A stretch of 56,250 nt of DNA from Candidatus Fermentibacterota bacterium (GCA_029571005.1 JAKPTG010000095.1:1-56250), one strand, 5' to 3'; shown: positions 37,712-46,379, numbered from the stretch's first letter. Notes: a model not told the origin generated them from the sequence alone. Translations and numbers: made by a program.

Positions 37712-38290
37712 ATGCAGTTCATCATCGTAGCAAAAGACGACCTCGCCCCGCAGGGGCGCCAGCTCGCGCACGCATTGTCGGTCCAGAAGACGCATTCGGG
37801 CGCTTTCTGGACGGTGAAGCACTACAAGGACAACGAGGCCCAGCTCGACGGCAAGCAGCCCGTCATCTTCCTTGGCAGCAACGAGGTGGCGGAGTCCTAC
37901 ATCGATGTCCTTCCGGAGCGCTTCCGTGGTTTCGGAACGAAGTGCGCCTTCGAGGGGGCCAAGGCTGTCTTGATCGCCGTCGAGCCCTACGACGTCAGCT
38001 ATGAGGACATCAAGAGCCTGAAGCGCGCAGTCGAAGGCAACCAGGCGGAGATTCGCCGCCGAGCCACATCCGCTACTAAGGCGGACCTGTTCCATTGCTA
38101 TGCGATGTGTTATTCCGTTCTCGTCGGCGGCGTCGTCGTCGGCGGCGTCGTCGCCTACCTCGTTTACCGCTTCATGAGCGCACGGAAGCGCAAGCAGGAG
38201 TACCGGAAGCTTCAGTACGAGTACGCGCTGTCCCGATTCCTGAAGGATGAGTTTGAAGCTTACGTTAGCGGTGTCGAGGGCCGGGGATGA
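37712..38290 (+). CDS. Hypothetical protein with alpha/beta N-domain and one C-proximal TM helix (cassette gene A)
   Basis: GAGGAAGG RBS, ATG 37712; hydrophobic VLVGGVVVGGVVAYLVY followed by basic RKRK; ATGA overlap with the next gene. Confidence 0.85.
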   Translation: MQFIIVAKDDLAPQGRQLAHALSVQKTHSGAFWTVKHYKDNEAQLDGKQPVIFLGSNEVAESYIDVLPERFRGFGTKCAFEGAKAVLIAVEPYDVSYEDIKSLKRAVEGNQAEIRRRATSATKADLFHCYAMCYSVLVGGVVVGGVVAYLVYRFMSARKRKQEYRKLQYEYALSRFLKDEFEAYVSGVEGRG

Positions 38291-39678
38291 CAGCCTTTCG
38301 CCGTGACTACCGCAACGCCAGCGACAACTTCAGCGGTGGTCTAGCGGGTCAGCAGGTTGATGCCTACGAAGAACGCGTCGAGCAGGCCCTCGACGATATG
38401 ATCCGGCGGATGGGCGATCTTGCCGGCAACCAGAAGGACATACACTACGCCAAGGGCGACGTTGCAGAGACCTGGCATGCCGGCACTTTCAACGTCGATG
38501 CCGCACGACGGGGTCTAGATGTGTCTGCGACAGCTCCACGCGATGCCTCACCGATCGACGTGTCGATACGCGGTTCCGGTGTGGAGCATCATGCGCAGCT
38601 CAAGTACTTCCGGTCGCCTGAAGACACGACGAAGGCCATCAGCCACCCGAAGTACATCGACCTGGACCAGAAGGTTGTCCCATCTGACCAGCTTGACGGT
38701 GTCCGAGAGGCAGCCGCTCGACTGGCGGCAAGGAACGCCAAAAGTCGTCCCGAGATAGCCGACTCATACTCCCACACCGCCAGCACTGCCGACGATCGCG
38801 TCCGGATGGATGGCGCTGAGTCCAGGCCACTGAGTGAACGCGAAGCACGCGAGCTGGTGAAGGAACTCCGTGCGAAACAGGATGTAGATCGTGAGCAGTT
38901 CGGCCTGACTCCACAGCAGGTGATCCAGTGGCAGGATATTCTGCGAGAGGCGACAACAGCCGCAGCAAGAGCAGCGATCATCAGCGCTGCCTTGCAATCG
39001 GCACCCTACCTCGTCGCCATCACCAGGAAGGCATGGGAGACTGGCGAGATCTCGGCAAAGGACTTCGCACCACTGGCCCAGGCGATCCCGACAACACTGC
39101 TCAGGTCCGGGGTTGCGGGAGGCCTGTCGGCCGCCATCGTCGGAGCGGCGCGATCAGGCGTTCTCGGGAGCGCGCTTCAACAGGTGGACCCGACGTTCGT
39201 CGCGGCTGGCGTGACGCTGGCCATCAGCGCGTTCGAGACCTCAATCAAAGCTGCTCGCGGCGATATTACGTGGCCTGTTGCTGCGAAGTACATCTCCGAG
39301 GACGCCATCGTCCTTGCATCTGCCATGGGCGGTGCGGCAGTCGGCCAGGCGCTTATCCCCATCCCGATGCTCGGTGCATTGGCGGGCAACATCGTAGGCG
39401 CCGTCGTGGCGCGGCTGGCGATAGAACAGGTCAACAGAGTCGTCCTTGGGATCGCTGTGGAAACCGGGTGGACTGTCTTCGGTCTGGTCGACCAGAACTA
39501 CACGGTGCCGGGCGACATCCTCGAAGCGTCCGGCTGGAGCATCCTCGACATCCGCAAGCTCGGGGCGCAGCCCATCAGCCTGAAGCGGTTGGAGCCGAGA
39601 ACCCTTGATCTCAAGAGCATCGACATGAAGGTTCTTCGCCGTGGTGTCGTCTCCTTCAGCCGCATCGCCTATCTGTGA
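38287..39678 (+). CDS. Hypothetical protein: PD-(D/E)xK-like N-domain plus multi-helix hydrophobic C-domain (cassette gene B)
   Basis: KGDVAETWHAGTFN...SPIDV...AQLKY; Gly/Ala-rich hydrophobic helices including GGAAVGQALIPIPMLGALAGNIVGAVV; 463 aa intact ORF. Confidence 0.85.
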   Translation: MTAFRRDYRNASDNFSGGLAGQQVDAYEERVEQALDDMIRRMGDLAGNQKDIHYAKGDVAETWHAGTFNVDAARRGLDVSATAPRDASPIDVSIRGSGVEHHAQLKYFRSPEDTTKAISHPKYIDLDQKVVPSDQLDGVREAAARLAARNAKSRPEIADSYSHTASTADDRVRMDGAESRPLSEREARELVKELRAKQDVDREQFGLTPQQVIQWQDILREATTAAARAAIISAALQSAPYLVAITRKAWETGEISAKDFAPLAQAIPTTLLRSGVAGGLSAAIVGAARSGVLGSALQQVDPTFVAAGVTLAISAFETSIKAARGDITWPVAAKYISEDAIVLASAMGGAAVGQALIPIPMLGALAGNIVGAVVARLAIEQVNRVVLGIAVETGWTVFGLVDQNYTVPGDILEASGWSILDIRKLGAQPISLKRLEPRTLDLKSIDMKVLRRGVVSFSRIAYL

Positions 39679-39694
39679 CTTGATCGGAGTACTG

Positions 39695-40237
39695 ATGACA
39701 GACCGAGAACAACAGGACGCCTCCCGACGACGCGCTTCGGCGCTCGGCGCTAACCTGGCACTTGCTCGGGAAGCCGCCGGACTGACGCAGGGGGATCTCG
39801 CGGAAAAGGCCGGCACCTCTCGAGCAACCATTGCGCAAATCGAAAGCGGTGAAGGAGACCCGCGCCTTTCGACTCTGGGGGCCATCGCGGACGCACTGGG
39901 CGTGGGTCCGTTCGTGCTCCTGCTTGGGAAGCAGGACATCGGCAAGCTTGTCGCCCTCGCCCAGAAGCAGAGGGAATTGACCTCGGTGGTGCCCAGCGAA
40001 GAGGACGTCGCGCTGCTCGACGAACTATCCACTAGTCAACTCGCCGCCGATCGGCGGCGAGCCGCGCGCATGTCGTCGAAAATCGTTTCAGAACGCGGGC
40101 TTGATGGTATTGGCTCTGCGGTGGGGGCAGCCATCGGAACGACCCTCATGCCCGGCCTTGGCACGATCGTGGGAGCGTTTCTAGGCACTGTCGATGCGAG
40201 GAAGAAGAGGACTTCGAAGAACAAAGTCGAGCGGTAG
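39695..40237 (+). CDS. XRE-family HTH regulator with C-terminal glycine zipper (cassette gene C)
   Basis: GGAG RBS, ATG 39695; LGANLALAREAAGLTQGDLAEKAGTSRATIAQIESGEGDPRLSTL; GSAVGAAIGTTLMPGLGTIVGAFLG then a basic tail. Confidence 0.9.
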   Translation: MTDREQQDASRRRASALGANLALAREAAGLTQGDLAEKAGTSRATIAQIESGEGDPRLSTLGAIADALGVGPFVLLLGKQDIGKLVALAQKQRELTSVVPSEEDVALLDELSTSQLAADRRRAARMSSKIVSERGLDGIGSAVGAAIGTTLMPGLGTIVGAFLGTVDARKKRTSKNKVER

Positions 40238-40406
40238 GCAGAGCCTGCCAATGCTAACTCGCACGACTGTGCTTCCACTATATGTGGACTCGATCAGCAT
40301 TCAGAATGAACGCACGAGCGTGAGAGGCTCGCCTAGATTCGACAGTTGACGCTAGGCAACCATATCTTCCAACAGAACACTGTCGAACAGATCGGCCTCC
40401 CTGGTC

Positions 40407-40687
40407 TAGCCCGGATTTCTCACCATTGAGTTGCGGAGGCCGTTCTAAAGTGGTATAATTGAGTGCCAACATATCAGTTACACCACAAAAGAACGGCCGG
40501 CAATGAAAACACTCTGTTACCCCGATAATGATCAGTTGGAGCTCGGATTTCAAGGGCTTGGTTCCCGTAAGGTCGTCAGCAGATTCGATGCGGTTTTTGT
40601 CGCCTCCGACGGGGGAGTCCTACAGCTTTGGGAAGTGGAAGCCCGAAAATCGGCTGCCTCCAAGGGGCTGGTGAGAAATCCGGGCTA
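40407..40687 (+). mobile_element. 281-bp non-autonomous (MITE-like) IS1380-family derivative
   Basis: Perfect 19-nt inverted repeats TAGCCCGGATTTCTCACCA (40407-25) and TGGTGAGAAATCCGGGCTA (40669-87); the interior is a diverged copy of 37103-37340 (promoter plus first transposase codons) joined to a short right end. Confidence 0.88.
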
Positions 40688-40770
40688 ACTATCAGCAAGT
40701 GTTCCCCATTGGTAACGAACTCTCGAATCCGACAGAGGGCAGCTTTCACGGAAGCTCCGATACGGCAGGG

Positions 40771-41949
40771 TTACTTGCTGATCTGTATCATCGTGAACAC
40801 CAGCCCGATCGTAGTTACTAAAAGAGCCACATATTCGCGGTTCTTGGATATCCAGTTGTAGTGAACCTCGATGGAGCTGTTGCCCGGTACGGGAAGGCTG
40901 TCTCGGGAATCCACCTCCAGCACGCCCCTGGAATGGATGATACTTATGTCGTTGATGTCGGCGTCGGCGGAAAAACCCCCCGCCGACTGGATGTACCAGT
41001 CAACCCCGGCGCCCGGACAAAAAAGGACCGGCCCCGGGTTTTTGACGGCGCCTCCCACAAAGACGGTGTTCCGCCCGGGAACGAGGTTGAGGGTGTCCCC
41101 CGGCGACAGGATGTATCCTGTGTAACCCCCGTCCCATCTCCAGACCGGAACCGTCCCCCCTCCCATGACCGACACAAAGGAAGCCGGGAGGTCAACTCCG
41201 CCGCTAATCGGCGCGGCCTCCGACAGCAGATCCGGCACCGACATGCCCCCGGAACCGATGTCATGGGTGTAGAACCCTTCGGCACTCTGGATGAACACGG
41301 GAAAGTCGCAGGGGAGCATCTCCACCGTCACCAGCCCGCCCAGCATGGGGTCGGAGCGGAGTGAGCCGGTGAAAGGCTCCATGGAAAGGTCCACCGGAAC
41401 CGCATCCCCCGAACCCGTTACCCCCCGCCCGTACTGGCTGCCGTAAAGCCTGATCCCCCCGGCTTTCAGGATGACGTCGGAAACCCTCTCGGTGGCATAC
41501 ATCGAGTACCTGCCCGGTTTTTCAACCATGCCCCGGACCTCTACGCCGACCATCCTTGGATAGGCCAGGGAAAGCTCCGCCCGAAGGGAGGGGAAACCGC
41601 TGCGCACCAAGTTGTCGAAGGTATGCTGGGCTTCACTGATGCTCATACCCTCCACGTGGATCGAGCCTATGCCGGAGACGTTGAGACGGCCGTCCAGGGT
41701 CACCTGACACCGGTCCATGGGGAGAACGCCCACGGAGAGCAGATACTCTGAAACCCCTCCCTCGATGGTCACCACAAGCATATCCCCCGGCGCGAGACGG
41801 TATTCGTCCCTGTCCACCGGAACCACGGGCACAACTTCCTGAAGAAGGGGTTCCTCCGACTCGGGGAACCGACCGAGGGGCTGTCCGACCCTTGGCGTTC
41901 CTCCCGTCGCCAGCAGTTGAGCCGTCAGTACCGCCGTCATAAAAATCAT
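40771..41949 (-). CDS. Polysaccharide export protein with SLBB domains (Wza/KpsD-like)
   Basis: YRLAPGD, DGRLNV.GIGSIHVEG, VEVRGMVEKPG, AGG, VFVGGAVKNPG, YIQSAGGF; C-terminal hydrophobic helix. Confidence 0.88.
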   Translation of the reverse strand: MIFMTAVLTAQLLATGGTPRVGQPLGRFPESEEPLLQEVVPVVPVDRDEYRLAPGDMLVVTIEGGVSEYLLSVGVLPMDRCQVTLDGRLNVSGIGSIHVEGMSISEAQHTFDNLVRSGFPSLRAELSLAYPRMVGVEVRGMVEKPGRYSMYATERVSDVILKAGGIRLYGSQYGRGVTGSGDAVPVDLSMEPFTGSLRSDPMLGGLVTVEMLPCDFPVFIQSAEGFYTHDIGSGGMSVPDLLSEAAPISGGVDLPASFVSVMGGGTVPVWRWDGGYTGYILSPGDTLNLVPGRNTVFVGGAVKNPGPVLFCPGAGVDWYIQSAGGFSADADINDISIIHSRGVLEVDSRDSLPVPGNSSIEVHYNWISKNREYVALLVTTIGLVFTMIQISK

Positions 41950-42267
41950 CGGGTGCCTTCGCCTTTCAGAGTGGGTCAAACCGGCGCCGTTTGCCGTTCG
42001 CTGCTTTGCGGACGACTATAATCCTCACCGCCGCGGAAGGTCAATCTTGTACGCCGAAGCCACGGGAGTTTTTTACAGCGCGGCCGCGGAATCATGCCAC
42101 GGTTTAGAAAGGTAAGCTACGGAAAGGCCGGATCCGATGGCGACATGCGGAAGCCGACCCCCACCACCGGCCCGGCATTCCGGCAACAACAGGGCTTGCG
42201 GCACGGAGCAGGCTCCGGCTATGCTTTCCGGTCGTCCGCCGTACCGGCCCGAACCCCGGAGGAGCCC

Positions 42268-43731
42268 ATGACCATCCCCTGTCCATCGTCGGAAGCCGGC
42301 CTTCTGAAGGGAGCCGGAGTTCTCCTGCACCCCACCAGTCTGTGGGGGCCTTGGGGTATCGGCACCCTGGGAGACGAGGCCAGGGTTTTCCTGGACTGGC
42401 TCGGGGAGGCGGGTTTCACCTGGTGGCAGGTGCTTCCGATGAACCCCACCGGCTTCGGCAACAGCCCCTACCAGCCCCTGTCTTCATTCGCAGGCAACCC
42501 TCTACTGCTATCACCCGGAATTCTCCACAATATGGGACTGTTGACCAAGGGAGAGTTCTCAAAGGCCCGAATCCCGGCTTCGGGAACGGTCCAATGGGGC
42601 ACACTGCTCCCCGAAAGGCTGAAACTCATTTCACTGGCCGCCGAAAGGGCGCTGAACACCGGTCTTCCCGGATTCGACCGGTTCCGCACCGCCGCATCAC
42701 CCTGGCTCGACTCCTGGGCGGAGTATGCCGCTCTCAAGGAGGGGGCCGGAGGGGCTCCCTGGAGCCGGTGGAAAAACGCGCACCCTGACCCGCATCGGGT
42801 GAATGTCCACCGTATGGTTCAGTTCCTCTTCCACAGCCAGTGGGACTCGATCCTGAAACTGTGTGCGGAAAGGGGCATCCGGGTGCTCGGGGATCTGCCG
42901 ATATACTGTTCCCTTGACAGCGCGGACGTCTGGTCCGCCCCGGAGCTTTTCCTCCTTGACCGACAGGGGAAGCCGGTCTCCGTGGCCGGGGTTCCGCCGG
43001 ACTACTTTTCCCCCACCGGCCAACTATGGGGAAACCCGCTGTACCGATGGAGCGTCCACAGGGCCCAGGGTTACCACTGGTGGACCGGCAGGGTCCGCAG
43101 GATGCTGGAGGCCTTTCACGGGGTCCGCATAGACCACTTCAGGGGGTTCTGCGATTACTGGGAAGTTCCGGCGGCCTCCCCCACGGCCCGGGATGGAGTC
43201 TGGAGGAAAGGGCCCGGAAGGGAGCTGTTCGACCGGATCATGGAAGACATCGAAGCCCCGCTTCCCGTCGTGGCCGAGGACCTGGGCATCATAACCCCGG
43301 AAGTAACCCGGCTCAGGCGGGAGTTGGGCTTCCCGGGGATGCTGGTTCTTCAGTTCGCCCTGGAGGACGGTGCCTTCGATCCGGCGGGTCTGGCCCCAGA
43401 CACGGTTCTCTACACAGGAACCCACGACAACGATACCACTGCGGGATGGGCCGAAAGTACGGGACACCGCCTGGGCTTCACCCTCGACCGGGTTCTGGGA
43501 ATCGCCCTGGATTCGCCGGCCGACATGGTGATCTTTCCCGCCCAGGACCTGCTGGGGCTCGGAAGCGACTGCCGCATGAACACCCCCGGAACCTCCCGGG
43601 AGGCGAACTGGAGCTTCCGTATTCCGGAGGGTTCCCTGAATGACCGGACGGCCCGGAGATGGAGACGTCTTCTGGCGTTCCGGAAGGGGCTTGACCCCGG
43701 CCCTCTGAAAGCCTTATTTGAACAGGCGTAG
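42268..43731 (+). CDS. malQ: 4-alpha-glucanotransferase (amylomaltase, GH77)
   Basis: GVLLHPTSL, WQVLP, SPY, GDLPIY, AGVPPDYFSPTGQLWGNP, RIDHFRGF, AEDLG, YTGTHDNDT, RMNTPG. Confidence 0.96.
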   Translation: MTIPCPSSEAGLLKGAGVLLHPTSLWGPWGIGTLGDEARVFLDWLGEAGFTWWQVLPMNPTGFGNSPYQPLSSFAGNPLLLSPGILHNMGLLTKGEFSKARIPASGTVQWGTLLPERLKLISLAAERALNTGLPGFDRFRTAASPWLDSWAEYAALKEGAGGAPWSRWKNAHPDPHRVNVHRMVQFLFHSQWDSILKLCAERGIRVLGDLPIYCSLDSADVWSAPELFLLDRQGKPVSVAGVPPDYFSPTGQLWGNPLYRWSVHRAQGYHWWTGRVRRMLEAFHGVRIDHFRGFCDYWEVPAASPTARDGVWRKGPGRELFDRIMEDIEAPLPVVAEDLGIITPEVTRLRRELGFPGMLVLQFALEDGAFDPAGLAPDTVLYTGTHDNDTTAGWAESTGHRLGFTLDRVLGIALDSPADMVIFPAQDLLGLGSDCRMNTPGTSREANWSFRIPEGSLNDRTARRWRRLLAFRKGLDPGPLKALFEQA

Positions 43732-43746
43732 GGAAAAGAGGGAAAA

Positions 43747-44349
43747 ATGCAAGGCATTTTAGTTTTATTGGCGGTAACATCCCAGTATAACGCATACATC
43801 CCCGAGGATGTCACCTGCGGGGTGTCTCCTCTGATAATCAACGAATTCATGGTTCTCCCCTCTGCTTCCACCACCCGGCTCTCCGGGCAGTGGGTGGAAA
43901 TCCACAACCGGAGCCAGAACTGGATGAACCTCTCCGGGTGGACACTTCAGAACCATGCCGGCAACACCTACGTATTCGGCACCTACATGCTCCCACCGGA
44001 GGGTTACTTCGTCCTGGGCGCCAGCTCAGTTTACAGTGAAAACGGCGGATATTCACCAAACAGCGTCTGGTCGGACTTCTTTCTCGCCCGTTACGGCGAG
44101 CTGACCCTCTACTCGCCGGGAAGAAGCTGCACCGACATCGTGGACTGGGACGATTCGTGGCCGATAGAGAGCGGTGCCTCCTGCGAGCGGATCAACCCCG
44201 GATGGGAATCGGGAATCCCCTCCACCTGGGGGGTTGCCCAGAACACCTTCGGTTCGGGGGACCTGGGTTCTCCGGGGGAAAAGAACAGCATCTACTCCAA
44301 CTCCTTCGCCCAGAACAGCTGGGCCTTCATCAAGGCGTTCATCAACTGA
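43747..44349 (+). CDS. Secreted lamin-tail-domain (LTD) protein
   Basis: LIINEFM, QWVEIHN, NLSGWTL, GASCERINP, GSPGEKNS; ends NSWAFIKAFIN. Confidence 0.85.
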   Translation: MQGILVLLAVTSQYNAYIPEDVTCGVSPLIINEFMVLPSASTTRLSGQWVEIHNRSQNWMNLSGWTLQNHAGNTYVFGTYMLPPEGYFVLGASSVYSENGGYSPNSVWSDFFLARYGELTLYSPGRSCTDIVDWDDSWPIESGASCERINPGWESGIPSTWGVAQNTFGSGDLGSPGEKNSIYSNSFAQNSWAFIKAFIN

Positions 44350-44392
44350 GCCCGACTCCGGGTGTTTCCGGCCCGGCAGGGAAATCCGGTTT

Positions 44393-44881
44393 CTACCGCC
44401 GGTCGTCGTCGAACTTGACGGCCGAAGGGTAACTGTCCAGGTCATACCTGATACGGGTCTCGGGCATACTCACCCTGTCCAGTCTCACGTCGGCCTCCTT
44501 CAGAAACTGGGCCGCGTAACCCGACCGATAGTCGCTGAAGACCACCACCCGTCGGATGCCGGTGGAAACCAGGGCTTTGGCGCAGTTGGGGCAGGGCATG
44601 TTGGTGATGTAAGCCGTTGCCCCGTTCAGGGAAATCCCGTTTCTGGCCGCCTGACAGACTGCGTTCATCTCGGCGTGGTTGGTTCGTATGCAGTGGCCGT
44701 CCACCAGCAGGCACCCCGCCTCGTCGCAATGGGGCAGGCCCGGAAGGGACCCGTTGTAACCGGTGGCAAGGACGTGCTTGTCTCGGACTATGACACAGCC
44801 GCAGTGCATCCGGGGGCATGTGGCCCGCTCGCTGGCCAACATGGCGAGCTTGAGGAAGTACTGATCCCAGGAAGGTCTCAT
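44393..44881 (-). CDS. dCMP deaminase / ComEB-family cytidine deaminase
   Basis: RPSWDQYF, RATCPR, ATGYNG, HAEMNA, PCPNC zinc motifs. Confidence 0.93.
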   Translation of the reverse strand: MRPSWDQYFLKLAMLASERATCPRMHCGCVIVRDKHVLATGYNGSLPGLPHCDEAGCLLVDGHCIRTNHAEMNAVCQAARNGISLNGATAYITNMPCPNCAKALVSTGIRRVVVFSDYRSGYAAQFLKEADVRLDRVSMPETRIRYDLDSYPSAVKFDDDRR

Positions 44882-44897
44882 GGATGCTCCTTCTAAG

Positions 44898-46379
44898 TCA
44901 GGGTTTCCAGTCCAGCTGAAATCCCACATCGGTTCTTGACGGACCCGCCGTCTGTTCATACCCCGAACCGATGCTCTCCCTGCCGTACCCGTGAAACCTG
45001 CTTATTCTGAACCTCAGCCGCCAGCCCCGGGCCGGTTCAAGCGACAGCGCCGCCTGCAGCATGGCGCTTTTCCCGTACAGGGCCTGGGAACCGAACTCCC
45101 CGGGAAAAGACAACCGGTAAACGTACACCCGGGAGGCGTAACCCTCGGTGTCGGCTGCGGACGCAGATACGGATACATCCATGAAGGCCGTCGGGCGATG
45201 CCTCACCCGGAACTCCGCCCCCGCCCCAAAAAGCGTCGAATCCCCGCTTCTCACGGCGCAGCCCGGCAGACGAAGGGTCAGTGAAGTTCTTCCGCCGGGG
45301 CTCCAGACGACCCCCGCCGTCCCCCGGAACACCGTTCCGGCCAGGGAACGGGATACCGTTACCTTCTGCAGCAGCGTTGTTCTGAAAAAAGGGGTTTCCT
45401 CTCCCTGCAGCCCCGCTTCGACCACACTTTCCTCATCACGCTGCATCAGCGACAGACCCGAGGTCAGGACGCATCCCCGGGCGGGCCTCCATCGGATTCC
45501 GTACCCGGCGGCCAGGTCGTGGCTCGACCCGAAAGGGCGTAACGACCTGTCCGACGGGAACCCCGAAGGGTATCGGCTGAGGGTGAGGGCGTGTCTGAAG
45601 CCACCCTCATCCCCTTGAACTCCTGCAAGAAACGCCCCGGAAACCCTTCCGCCTACAAACCCGGCACAGGCTTCGCCATCGAATCTCCGGCCGTCGCCGT
45701 CCAGCCTGACATCGAACCCGGCCCTCCCGGAAACCGTCGCCGAATCGCAGGTGCGCCGTACGAGGGCTCCGGACAGGCCGAACCTCTCCAGGGAAAGCCT
45801 GGCAAAGGAGAAGTACTCTTCCACGGAACCCCGACGGCCCAGCTCCGTAGAGGATCTGTGAAGACCCTCTCCCGAAGGGTCAACCCGGGAAAGGCCCTGC
45901 AGAACCGTCAAGCCCGCCCCGCTCCACCGGAACACCGCTCCGGCCCCGGTGAGGGGCTCGCCGTCACTGTCGCCCGGGCTCGGGGCCGGTTCCAGGACCT
46001 CCCGCCGGACCGGTGGTTTGGCCAGGGACAGGGGGCCGCCTCCCGCAGAGAACCCGCCGTGGTCACCGACCAGCCCCAGGGCGGACTTCAGGCTCAGATA
46101 CCCGCCCGCCGCACAGACAACCGGGCTGTTCCCGACCCAGGAAAGGCCGCCCGCCGCCAGATCGCCCCATTTCTCACCCGGATCCTTCTCCGTGAGGAGC
46201 ACCACCCCGAACCTCCCGACGCGGAAGGTCCACCGGTTGAAAAAGGCCCACTCATCGCCTGCCCACAGGTTTTCCAGCACCCCTCTGGGGCTCGGGTACC
46301 GCCTCGCCAGCCTGAACCTCACTTCGTCCGCCCTGGGGGAAACGATCGCCAGAAGAACGAGGACGGCGGTAAACTTCAT
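44898..46379 (-). CDS. Predicted outer-membrane beta-barrel resembling the C-terminal part of FCB ComEA-associated proteins
   Basis: Signal peptide MKFTAVLVLLAIV; EKDPGE motif, GLHRSSTE, YASRVYVY, terminal GFQLDW; ATGA overlap with the upstream gene. Confidence 0.7.
   Translation of the reverse strand: MKFTAVLVLLAIVSPRADEVRFRLARRYPSPRGVLENLWAGDEWAFFNRWTFRVGRFGVVLLTEKDPGEKWGDLAAGGLSWVGNSPVVCAAGGYLSLKSALGLVGDHGGFSAGGGPLSLAKPPVRREVLEPAPSPGDSDGEPLTGAGAVFRWSGAGLTVLQGLSRVDPSGEGLHRSSTELGRRGSVEEYFSFARLSLERFGLSGALVRRTCDSATVSGRAGFDVRLDGDGRRFDGEACAGFVGGRVSGAFLAGVQGDEGGFRHALTLSRYPSGFPSDRSLRPFGSSHDLAAGYGIRWRPARGCVLTSGLSLMQRDEESVVEAGLQGEETPFFRTTLLQKVTVSRSLAGTVFRGTAGVVWSPGGRTSLTLRLPGCAVRSGDSTLFGAGAEFRVRHRPTAFMDVSVSASAADTEGYASRVYVYRLSFPGEFGSQALYGKSAMLQAALSLEPARGWRLRFRISRFHGYGRESIGSGYEQTAGPSRTDVGFQLDWKP

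Noticed and set aside
38123-38152. Tandem 15-nt duplication GTCGGCGGCGTCGTC in the TM helix of cassette gene A
   Set aside because: Two copies of low-complexity codons; in frame and too short to treat as a separate repeat feature.
42085-42101. TGGCATG on the minus strand upstream of the SLBB gene (and TGGCACG near 33080) as sigma54 promoters
   Set aside because: The -12 GC is mis-spaced or absent.
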